Part shown: piece by piece, positions 56,353 through 64,000 of the stretch | Layout: each line of letters begins with the position of its first letter | Numbering within the stretch: the first letter of the stretch is position 1 | From: an uncultured Acidobacteriota bacterium | GTDB taxonomy: Bacteria > Acidobacteriota > Vicinamibacteria > Vicinamibacterales > UBA2999 | Assembly: GCA_963818645.1 (NCBI GenBank) | Contig: CAWFTF010000025.1 | Coordinates: 32,828 to 96,827, forward strand | DNA length: 64,000 nucleotides | Direction of reading: 5' to 3' | Program-made: the position numbers and the translations under genes | Notes under the pieces: model-generated | Told to the model about the DNA's origin: nothing | Seen by the model: the letters and a program-made list of their open reading frames with translations, nothing else | The model's database searches: none

Positions 56353-57379
56353 ATGAAGCTGGCACGAACGCCAGAAATCGGCGCGGATTGTCGATGGTGA
56401 TCCGGCGGAGCATCTCGTCAGTCACGCCTGCCTTGCGCAGCTTCGGAGCGAACACGGTCAGCGTGATCCCATACCCCGGCCGGGCGTCGCTGCGTGCGGT
56501 GAAGTTGTAGTCGGACGACAAGAGCAGGCGATCGATGTACCCCGCGTCCAGGAAGGCGAGGATCATCGCCACCTTCTTGTCGTCGGGCACCAGCCCGCCG
56601 GTCACGCGGTCAAAGCCGACATAGGCGCCGCGTTTGGCAATCTCTTTGACGACTTCCGCGGAGGGATCGTCGAGGCAGCAACTGTGGCCAATCGCCACGC
56701 GTCCGGGGCTGACGCCGACCGACTCGAACGCGTCGAGTTGCCTGAGGCCGGCGTCCTTCGGCACGTTGGGTCCGGTGCCGTAGGCGTTGTGCGTGAAGAT
56801 CGGAAGGTGGTTGCGGAGGTGTGCCCTGCCCACGGCGCGAAACACCTTTCGTTCAGCGGCGCTCATCGGCGCGTCGGGTGTTTCGCCGATCTCCCCGAAG
56901 GCGCCGTACCTGGCGGCATTCGCGTCGCTGACGAGGTCGTCAGCAATCTGGTCTTCAGATTTCGCCGCGACATCCTGCGGATAGGTGCGCTCCATGTACA
57001 GGCCGCCGCAGGCCACGATGTGCACGCTGGTGCGCGACGCGATCTGTCTGAGCAGGGCGTTGTCGCGGCCGACGTCGTTGGTGCCCGCATCGACGATGCA
57101 GCCGATGCCTTCGGCCGCGGCAACGTCGAGCTGCTCGAGCACTGGTGCGGCATCCTTGGCCGGACCCGACCTGTTCGACTGGGGAGCCACGCGCGCCCAC
57201 TCGAACGACAGGTGCTCGTGAAACAGCGTCGCCCTGTTGAGTGTGTCGGGCGAGACGTCCCTGAGCACCGTCCGAATCGTCGCGCCCTTTGGAAACGTGA
57301 GCGCTTCGCGTGACGCGGGCGTCTGCAGAGGCGCCACCGCGGCGCAGGCGAGAAGTCGCAGTATCTCCCGGCGATCCAC
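56351..57379 (-). CDS. phosphotriesterase-related (PTE family) amidohydrolase with Tat-like signal
   Basis: MDRREILRLLACAAV..., an LFHEHL HxH motif, and a 342-aa TIM-barrel hydrolase-like sequence. Confidence 0.85.
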   Translation of the reverse strand: MDRREILRLLACAAVAPLQTPASREALTFPKGATIRTVLRDVSPDTLNRATLFHEHLSFEWARVAPQSNRSGPAKDAAPVLEQLDVAAAEGIGCIVDAGTNDVGRDNALLRQIASRTSVHIVACGGLYMERTYPQDVAAKSEDQIADDLVSDANAARYGAFGEIGETPDAPMSAAERKVFRAVGRAHLRNHLPIFTHNAYGTGPNVPKDAGLRQLDAFESVGVSPGRVAIGHSCCLDDPSAEVVKEIAKRGAYVGFDRVTGGLVPDDKKVAMILAFLDAGYIDRLLLSSDYNFTARSDARPGYGITLTVFAPKLRKAGVTDEMLRRITIDNPRRFLAFVPAS

Positions 57380-57415
57380 GGTGCGGATTATAACGTCGGC
57401 CTGTAACCGTGAACT

Positions 57416-58360
57416 GTGAACTGTGATCTGCTGTGGATGAGTCGTCGCGTGTCACAGCCGCGCGGCTCATCCGTCTTCGTACCGGAGAATAGATGGTGTG
57501 ACTCAAGGTGGAAGCTGCTGTTGACGGCGTTTGAAGGATTGCGCGGCCGGCTCTTTGGCCTCGCCTATCGCATGCTCGGCTCGCGCGCCGACGCTGAGGA
57601 CATCGTGCAGGAAGCGTACGTGCGCTGGCACGAGGTGACGAAGGACAGGATTGACAATCCGGAAGCGTGGCTCGTCACCACTACGTCGAGGCTGGCCATC
57701 GACCGGTTGCGACGGCTCAAGACCGAACGTGAGGCGTACGTCGGCCAATGGCTGCCGCAACCGATCGTGACCGACACGCCTCCGGATCGTCACCTCGATC
57801 TCGCCGACGATCTCTCGATGGCGTTCCTCACGCTGCTCGAACGGCTTGCGCCCGAAGAGCGAGCCGCCTTTCTCCTGCACGACGTGTTCGACGTCGGCTA
57901 CCCGGAAATCGCCTCCGTCATCGAGAAGACCGAATCTGCCGCCCGGCAGGTCGTCCATCGTGCGCGCGAACGAGTGCGTGGCGAGCGCAAGCGCTTCGAT
58001 GTCAGCGAGTCTGCAAAGGAAACACTGCTGCAGCGCTTCCTTGCGGCCACCGAGGCACGAGACGAGCAGGCCGTGCTCGCATTGTTCGCACCCGACGCCA
58101 CGTGGACGGCCGACGGCGGTGGCAAGGCTGCTGCCGCACTGCGTCCGATCGTCGGCGCCGATCGCATCGCCACGCTGGTCATGGGGCTGTATGAAAGGTT
58201 CTGGACAAACGGACGCACGCTGGAGCTCGGCACCATCAACGGCGAGGCCGGGCTGTGCCTCCGCGATGGCGCTCACCTCATCGCGACGATGTCGATCGCT
58301 ACGGATGGGGAGCAGATTCTCGCCGTCTACGCCGTGGTGAATCCGGACAAGCTCGGGTAG
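57416..58360 (+). CDS. ECF sigma factor, ECF41/SigJ-like with SnoaL-like C-terminal extension
   Basis: LFGLAYRMLGSRADAEDIVQEAYVRW plus the three ECF41 signature motifs: WLPQP, DGGGK and NPDKL. The exact start is uncertain. Confidence 0.85.
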   Translation: MNCDLLWMSRRVSQPRGSSVFVPENRWCDSRWKLLLTAFEGLRGRLFGLAYRMLGSRADAEDIVQEAYVRWHEVTKDRIDNPEAWLVTTTSRLAIDRLRRLKTEREAYVGQWLPQPIVTDTPPDRHLDLADDLSMAFLTLLERLAPEERAAFLLHDVFDVGYPEIASVIEKTESAARQVVHRARERVRGERKRFDVSESAKETLLQRFLAATEARDEQAVLALFAPDATWTADGGGKAAAALRPIVGADRIATLVMGLYERFWTNGRTLELGTINGEAGLCLRDGAHLIATMSIATDGEQILAVYAVVNPDKLG

Positions 58361-58417
58361 CGGGCGCTGTCACAACGCGCCCTGCCCACCCGTCTTCGCT
58401 GTAGAAGGAGACGGACC

Positions 58418-58885
58418 ATGAATACCCGAATCGACGTCAGGAAGTACATCAGTTCCAGCCTGACCCAGGCGCTGCTCAAGCTCTCATTCGAATCGCAAAA
58501 ACATCTCGAGCATTCACTTCTCAGGCTCGTCGAGATCCGTGCATCACAGATCAACGGCTGTGCCTATTGTCTCGACATGCACACCAAAGATGCGCGTGCC
58601 GCCGGTGAAACGGAGCAGCGCATCTACACACTCGACGCGTGGCGCGAGACGCCGTTCTTCACCGATCGCGAGCGTGCCGCGCTCGAGTGGACGGAGGCCG
58701 TGACGCTTGTCGCTGAAACGCGCGTTCCCGACGATGTCTACGAGCAGGTGAGGCAGCAGTTCAGCGAAGAAGAACTCGTCGAGCTGACGTTCGCCGTCAT
58801 CGTCATCAACAGCTGGAATCGCCTCAACGTGTCGTTCCGGCCGCTCGTCGGCGACTATCAGCCGAAGGCGGTGGTGGCAGTCTGA
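58418..58885 (+). CDS. carboxymuconolactone decarboxylase (AhpD-like) family protein
   Basis: VEIRASQINGCAYCLDMH (CxxC AhpD-like motif), 155 aa. Confidence 0.9.
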   Translation: MNTRIDVRKYISSSLTQALLKLSFESQKHLEHSLLRLVEIRASQINGCAYCLDMHTKDARAAGETEQRIYTLDAWRETPFFTDRERAALEWTEAVTLVAETRVPDDVYEQVRQQFSEEELVELTFAVIVINSWNRLNVSFRPLVGDYQPKAVVAV

Positions 58886-58893
58886 ATCTCGTC

Positions 58894-59034
58894 GATTGTT
58901 GATTTGGGGATCTTTGATTGTTGAGTCGTTGATGATCGGGGATTGCTGATTGGGGATTGTGGTACACCTGTTTTCAATCTCCAATCACGAATCAGCAATC
59001 AACAACGAATCGCCAATCAAAGATCCTTAAATCA
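58894..59034. repeat. Long hairpin of GATTG-rich short units, class D
   Basis: gattgttgatttggggatctttgattgttgagtcgttgatgatcggggattgctgattggggattg is complementary to caatctccaatcacgaatcagcaatcaacaacgaatcgccaatcaaagatccttaaatc. Lies between convergent genes. Confidence 0.85.
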
Positions 59035-59046
59035 GAACTCCGTGTA

Positions 59047-62000
59047 TCAGAAGTTCAGCGTGAAATTGAACCGTGCGAACCGCGGATTGAGCACAGAGGT
59101 CGGCCGCAGCCAGCTCGCGCCGTTGGAGACGACGTCGTACACCTGATTGAACGCAGTGCCGGTGTTCGCGTTGAAGAGGTTGTAGAAGTCGAACCCGACA
59201 TCCATGCGGTAGCCGTGGAAGCGGAGGACCTTTGCGACTCTCATGTCCACCGAGTTGATGCGATCGGGGTACACCTCACCTGGCAATGTCAGGTCGACGG
59301 TCTGAAACGCCAGGCCCGGCGCGAGCGGACGGCCGATCGACGAACCCTGGAGAATCTGGCTGGTCACGTTGTAATTCGCGGCGACGGACCCGCCGTTGGT
59401 CGCCACGAATGTGTTGATCGTCGACGGCTGCGTGTTCGGTGTCGATCGGATGGAGCCGGCGACGAGTACATCGATCCGCGGAATCGTGTACGTCACGGAA
59501 CTGCGGAATGTGGTGAGCCACGACTCGTCCACCGCGCACGCCGATTTCTGCGCGTTGGCCAGGACGGAACCAACAGTGACGAACAGCTCGGGCAGCGCAT
59601 CGGTCATCTGGCAGTAGTCACGAACGCCGCGACCGGTGCTCGTTCCACCTTGGAACGTGATGCCGTTCGACGTGCGCGCGTTCACCGACACGTCCACGCC
59701 ATGCCAGTACGTCGTGACGTCGCCGTAGTCGCTCGCGAAGGTGTAGTAGTTGTCTGTCGCGCCCAGCGGCGAACGGGCGTTGCGCGTCACGAACGTGACC
59801 GGATAGCCGCCGCCGTTCGGCAGGTTCGCATTGCTCGGCGCAGTGATGGTCGCCGTGTCGAAGTCCTGCGGCCCGACTGCCCGGTTGTCGGTGAAGAAGT
59901 GATTGCCCCACCACCGGCGGTTGTAGCCGACGTCCACCGACACGCGTGGCAGCAGCTCGTGCTGAATCGAGACGCCGAACTGCCAGTCGTACGGGCGGAT
60001 TCCCCAGCCATGCAGCACGTCCGGATTGACCGTCGTCGTGCTGAACGGGTTGCCGAAGTTCAGGTTCGTCCACGGACCGCAGACGTCACCGCCTGTGGGC
60101 CGGTTGTCCTCTGCCACCTTGTTCATCAGCACGCAGTCGACGACGAAGTTGCCGTTCGAATCGGTCCAGGATCGGTTCGTCGTCTGCTGGAAGGTCACCG
60201 CCGGATTCGCGATCGTGTACTGCGCGTCGTTGTTTGCGGCCTGCAGATACTTGCTGAAGTTCGCCTTGAGCGACGTCTTGCCATTGCCGAACAGGTCGTA
60301 GGCCGCGCCCATGCGAGGCGTGATGTCGTGGTAGCCCGTGACGCCATCCAACTTGGGGAAGAGGAAGGTGGAGCCGAACTGGTTGTCCTCGACGACGCCG
60401 TTTTCGCCTTCGGGGAACCAGCTCCACGCGTGCTCGTAACGGAGGCCTCCCTGCAGTGTCAGCCGGCCGCGCGTCCACTGATCCTGGACGTAGAAGGCGT
60501 CGAAGCGCGTGCGGTTGCTCTGCCAGAACGGCGCGTCCCGCATCGTGAACTGAATCGGGGTGCGGTTGTTGAACACGTAACTCAGTTGGCTGCCCGCGTT
60601 CTGGAAGTTCTTCTGCACCTGGAACGCGGCCTGATATCCAACCTTCAAGCTGTGTGCGCCGGTGACGTAGGTGCCCGACGCGCGCCACACGTTGTGAAAC
60701 TGCTCGTTCGATCCGGCCGACGACCAGCCGCGATACGTGAAGTTGCCGACGGGCGTGCCGCCGAGCGTGCTCTGCTCCTGCACCGGTATGAAGTTCGTGA
60801 GTGCGCCGCCGGGGATCTGGCCGCCAAACCGGCTCGCGAACTGAGAGAATCCGGCTTCGAGCAACAGCTTGCTCGTGAACGGCGACGTCCACGTGAACTG
60901 CGTGATCTTCTCGCGGTTGTCCCACACGTTGCCCGACTCCGGAGCCAGCGCGCCGAAGAATCCGGCGCCGACGCTGCCGAGAGCCACCCAGTCGTCGCCG
61001 CGATCGCGGCACTGTTCGGCGCCCTTCGCGTACGCCGATCCGTTGCAGACGTTCTGATAGTCGAGATAGAAACCGACCTTGTTGCGCGGCGTCGCCTGAC
61101 CGGTCAACCTGATCGCCTCGATCATCTTCGCGGCTGCGCCTCGCGCCGTCAGCGTCTCGTCTTTGTCGTAGAACCACTTCGACTGATCGCCTGCGTTCCT
61201 GTTGCCGAAGAGGCCGGGAATCTCCTGCTGGTTCCCGTAGCTCCTGATGTTGTTGTAGAACCACAGCCGGTCCTTGATGATCGGACCGCCGAGCGCGAAA
61301 TTCGTGTCCCAGTTCTTGATCAAGCCAGGGACCTGCGTCAGCCCGAATCCGATCAGTTCGTCGTCCAGGTTGTTTCCCTGCGACCACTTGCCCGCGAGGC
61401 TGAGGAATCCGGTTCCGCTGAAGGTGTTGCCACCGGTCTTCGGGATCAGATTGAACGCCGGGCCGCCGCGATCGACTTCACCCAGTCCGCCGGAGATCGT
61501 CACCTGGATCTCGGACGATTCGCCGATGGGATAGCCGAAGCCCGCGACGCCGCCGCCATTGAACGCCGACCCGACGTTCATGCCGTCGATTTGAATCGTG
61601 CCTTCATTGCCGCGCCCGCCGCGCGCCGTGAAGAAGTTCGTCGAGACTCCTGAACTCACGTCGAGCCCGGTGGCCTGAATGCCCGGGACCGTGGCGAGCA
61701 GGTTGCCGTAGCCTCGTGATGCGGGAATCGCCTGGACGACCGCGCTCGACAGCACCATCTGTCGTCGCGTGCTGGTCTGTGTGTCCACCACTGGTGATTC
61801 GCCGGTGACGGTGATGGTTTCGGTGAGGGCTCCAACGCGCATGTCCGCGTTGATCGTCGTGACGCCGCCGCCGGCCACTTCGACGCCTTCGCGGCTGACG
61901 GTGGCGAAGCCGGGCAGAGTGAAGGTCACTTTGTAGATCCCGGGAGGCAGATCGGGAATCCGGTAGAGACCGTTTGAATCGCTGATCCCGCTTCGCACTT

Positions 62001-62160
62001 TCTCGATCAGCACAGGACTGGATGCTTCCACGGTCACGCCGGGCAGCACGCCACCCGAGGTGTCCTTGATGAAGCCCGACAGCGACGCTTGGGCAAAGAC
62101 GGTTGCCGGCAGGATCACGAACGACGCAAAGGCGACCACCACACGTTTGATGACGCGCAT
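59047..62160 (-). CDS. Oar-like TonB-dependent transporter (intact)
   Basis: Signal peptide, GFIKDTSGGVLPGVTVEASSPVL...GLYRIPDLPPGIYKV, TETITVTGESPVVD, and a C-terminal ...RFARFNFTLNF. Start ATG 62160 with aggaga RBS. Confidence 0.9.
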   Translation of the reverse strand: MRVIKRVVVAFASFVILPATVFAQASLSGFIKDTSGGVLPGVTVEASSPVLIEKVRSGISDSNGLYRIPDLPPGIYKVTFTLPGFATVSREGVEVAGGGVTTINADMRVGALTETITVTGESPVVDTQTSTRRQMVLSSAVVQAIPASRGYGNLLATVPGIQATGLDVSSGVSTNFFTARGGRGNEGTIQIDGMNVGSAFNGGGVAGFGYPIGESSEIQVTISGGLGEVDRGGPAFNLIPKTGGNTFSGTGFLSLAGKWSQGNNLDDELIGFGLTQVPGLIKNWDTNFALGGPIIKDRLWFYNNIRSYGNQQEIPGLFGNRNAGDQSKWFYDKDETLTARGAAAKMIEAIRLTGQATPRNKVGFYLDYQNVCNGSAYAKGAEQCRDRGDDWVALGSVGAGFFGALAPESGNVWDNREKITQFTWTSPFTSKLLLEAGFSQFASRFGGQIPGGALTNFIPVQEQSTLGGTPVGNFTYRGWSSAGSNEQFHNVWRASGTYVTGAHSLKVGYQAAFQVQKNFQNAGSQLSYVFNNRTPIQFTMRDAPFWQSNRTRFDAFYVQDQWTRGRLTLQGGLRYEHAWSWFPEGENGVVEDNQFGSTFLFPKLDGVTGYHDITPRMGAAYDLFGNGKTSLKANFSKYLQAANNDAQYTIANPAVTFQQTTNRSWTDSNGNFVVDCVLMNKVAEDNRPTGGDVCGPWTNLNFGNPFSTTTVNPDVLHGWGIRPYDWQFGVSIQHELLPRVSVDVGYNRRWWGNHFFTDNRAVGPQDFDTATITAPSNANLPNGGGYPVTFVTRNARSPLGATDNYYTFASDYGDVTTYWHGVDVSVNARTSNGITFQGGTSTGRGVRDYCQMTDALPELFVTVGSVLANAQKSACAVDESWLTTFRSSVTYTIPRIDVLVAGSIRSTPNTQPSTINTFVATNGGSVAANYNVTSQILQGSSIGRPLAPGLAFQTVDLTLPGEVYPDRINSVDMRVAKVLRFHGYRMDVGFDFYNLFNANTGTAFNQVYDVVSNGASWLRPTSVLNPRFARFNFTLNF

Positions 62161-62195
62161 GTTCTCTCCTTCTCGCGATGTCCAGCACGAGGGTC

Positions 62196-62666
62196 TCAAT
62201 ACACAGGCATCTCCTTTGTCTGCAGGCGTGAGGCGCCGCCACTGTCAGTGGTCCTCACCGATGTCTGGAGCACGCTGCCCCTGAGGCATCCCAGCGGAAA
62301 CGTGAACGGGAACTGTCGAACCGCGAAGCTCTCGATCGAGATGCTCCCGAACTGGCGCGTCAGCGATGCGGAATCGAAAATCGTCGGCGGTGCTGTCGAG
62401 CGGAACGGGTCCAGCAACTGGAAGCGGACCTCGGCAAGTGTCACCGGAAAGTGGCCCGCCGTGACGTTCAAGGTGACCGGAGCCGAGACCGGCATGACCG
62501 TCGAACACGGGTGAGCGATCGACCATGTCAGCCGGGGCAACACGAGCGGCGTGAAGTCCAATTCGTTCTTGAAGCTCGACGGCTCGGTGGGCATCGTCGC
62601 ATCGTCGCAGGCGACGGTCCCGAGGCAGGCCGCGACGATGGCGATCGCAAGGATGTTTGGTTTCAT
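62196..62666 (-). CDS. hypothetical lipoprotein
   Basis: MKPNILAIAIVAACLGTVAC lipobox. 156 aa. Lies 35 nt upstream of and co-oriented with the Oar-like transporter. Confidence 0.65.
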   Translation of the reverse strand: MKPNILAIAIVAACLGTVACDDATMPTEPSSFKNELDFTPLVLPRLTWSIAHPCSTVMPVSAPVTLNVTAGHFPVTLAEVRFQLLDPFRSTAPPTIFDSASLTRQFGSISIESFAVRQFPFTFPLGCLRGSVLQTSVRTTDSGGASRLQTKEMPVY

Positions 62667-62717
62667 ACGCACCTCCTCGCCGCATGGCGTGGTCTCACGC
62701 CATCAGTTCTTCCCCCG

Positions 62718-64000
62718 TCAGCGCGCGATGTGGCAGCTCGTCGTGGTCACCTGACGGCACTCGAGGAAGAAGGCGTGCGTCATCTGAATCAGCGACAGCC
62801 CCTCGGCGCCCGTGCCCCAGCCCGGCACGAAGGAGAACTTGTCCGGTTCCCACGACTTGTATCGTCGGAAGTAATCGGCGATCTCCTGGCGCACTCGCGC
62901 GGTCAGCGCATATTCCGGCCGCCCCTTCTTGAGCGGAGACACGATGACCTTCGCATCGTAGCCCTTCTCGTCGTTCATCAGCAGCAGGCCGACGATGGCG
63001 CCACGGACGAGGCTGCCGCCTTCGATTGGCGGCCCGAGCACGAGGACGTCGAAGGGATCACCGTCGTATGAGACGGTCTGGGGGACGAAGCCGTAGTTGA
63101 CCGGATAGCCACCGATGTTCTCGGGTATCACGCGATCGACCGCGCGTTTGTTGGCCGCCATGTCGAACTCCCACTTGTTCCGATCGCCGCGAGCGATTTC
63201 GACGTAGGCGTTGACGGTGCCGTCCTCGTTGAGGGGTGGGGTGTCCCGCCAGACGTGCTTCGCGTGCGGCTTGGATTCGGACAGGCTGGTGGAGAGACGC
63301 GTCGCGGCAGCGACCGGGAGCTCCGACGAGATTTCGCGCGACGGCTGTGAGGGCGCAGTCGCTGACGCCGGCTGCTGCGGATGTCCTTCGACGATCTCGA
63401 GCTCCATATTGTCTGGAGCCAGCACGAAAGCGGACCGCAAGCCGTTCGCCCTGCGCGGCGGCGTCAATACTTTTACGCCTTCCTCGCGAAGTCGGGCCAG
63501 CGTCTGATCCAGGTTGTCCACGCTGATCGCGACATGGTCGATCGCGCGACCGCGATTGGTCGCGTACTGCGTGCGTCCCTTCCATTGCCCGCCGTAGAGT
63601 GCTTTCGCGTGCGCGGTCGGATACCAGAAGAACGTGACGTTATCGAGCTGCGATGATGCAGAGGGACCCGTCGGGATCCCGCGAAACGCGCGCTCGGTCT
63701 TCAGCTGATTGCGCGGCGTCAGCCCGAGGTGTTTCTCGTACCACGCCGCCGCAGACACCGGGTCGTCGCTCAGCAGGTGCACGTGCATGAAGTTGTGATG
63801 CATCGCGCTCTGCACTTCGATTGTCGCGTGGTCGGGTCCATCGAGATACATGAAGAAGTTGCGATCGCGGGTGCCGGCGCCGAAGAGCTCCACGCCGTCC
63901 GTCAGCACGGTCTGGAACGTCGTTCCCAATTTGATCTGGCGTTCGAACTCCGCCTTCATGTCCTCGGCGCCCCAGCCAATGTGGAAGAGGGGAGACACGA
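62718..64000 (-). CDS. VOC (glyoxalase/dioxygenase-fold) domains fused to family I inorganic pyrophosphatase; 5' end outside window
   Basis: C-terminal 175 aa: NAYVEIARGDRNKWEFD...YPVNYGFVPQTVSYDGDPFDVLVLG...IVGLLLMNDEKGYDAKV (PPase). The N-terminal ~230 aa is VOC-like (HVHLLSDDPVSAAAWYEKHLG, IDHVAISVDNLDQTLARLREEGV). No stop lies between them. Confidence 0.7.
   Translation of the reverse strand, partial: VSPLFHIGWGAEDMKAEFERQIKLGTTFQTVLTDGVELFGAGTRDRNFFMYLDGPDHATIEVQSAMHHNFMHVHLLSDDPVSAAAWYEKHLGLTPRNQLKTERAFRGIPTGPSASSQLDNVTFFWYPTAHAKALYGGQWKGRTQYATNRGRAIDHVAISVDNLDQTLARLREEGVKVLTPPRRANGLRSAFVLAPDNMELEIVEGHPQQPASATAPSQPSREISSELPVAAATRLSTSLSESKPHAKHVWRDTPPLNEDGTVNAYVEIARGDRNKWEFDMAANKRAVDRVIPENIGGYPVNYGFVPQTVSYDGDPFDVLVLGPPIEGGSLVRGAIVGLLLMNDEKGYDAKVIVSPLKKGRPEYALTARVRQEIADYFRRYKSWEPDKFSFVPGWGTGAEGLSLIQMTHAFFLECRQVTTTSCHIAR

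Noticed and set aside
58957-61653. 898-aa plus-strand ORF
   Set aside because: It is exactly antisense to the well-supported Oar-like transporter gene. It is Arg/Ala/Val-rich with no motifs, typical of a mirror ORF in GC-rich DNA. The same reasoning applies to the ORFs at 468..1379(-), 2130..3128(-), 3125..4276(-), 8615..9649(-), 23284..24705(-), 28707..29792(+) and 48458..49765(-).

Overview
GC-rich bacterial chromosomal window with about 60 genes. The gene content suggests an Acidobacteriota-like soil bacterium (inference only): a MacB/FtsX duplicated-type permease, roughly 1050-aa Oar-like TonB-dependent transporters with N-terminal carboxypeptidase-regulatory-like domains, and many secreted hypotheticals. 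Recognisable content includes a HisKA_3/NarL two-component pair, an MFS transporter, two PQQ dehydrogenases, an RND efflux pair, an osmoprotectant-type ABC system and pirin. It also includes two MBL-fold hydrolases, hmgA, BlaI/BlaR1, cysD-cysN-cysH (Fe-S APS-reductase type, no cysC), a rhodanese-like protein, tRNA-Cys and TauE/SafE. The remainder comprises a sigma-54 activator, an M20 peptidase, a cyclase, phosphotriesterase, an ECF41-type sigma factor with a CMD protein, and a VOC-pyrophosphatase fusion. Four things deserve a second look. (1) A sensor-less sigma-54 activator lies divergent from a 7-gene operon that starts with a TonB-dependent receptor and an octahaem lipoprotein cytochrome. 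(2) A secreted-protein cassette occurs repeatedly: a small protein maturing to an N-terminal HHSF, translationally coupled to a roughly 280-aa DGKPD-SG-W family protein, beside an Oar-like transporter; six paralogues lie in 64 kb. (3) Intergenic elements built from tandem 7-8-nt units fall into at least seven unrelated sequence classes but share one hairpin architecture, and some extend into coding sequence. (4) A roughly 650-bp imperfect palindrome fills one convergent intergenic region. Major caveat: at least 15 genes are broken by single-base frameshifts, about one per 4 kb. This looks like assembly indel error rather than decay. All family names come from motif recognition by eye; no searches were run.
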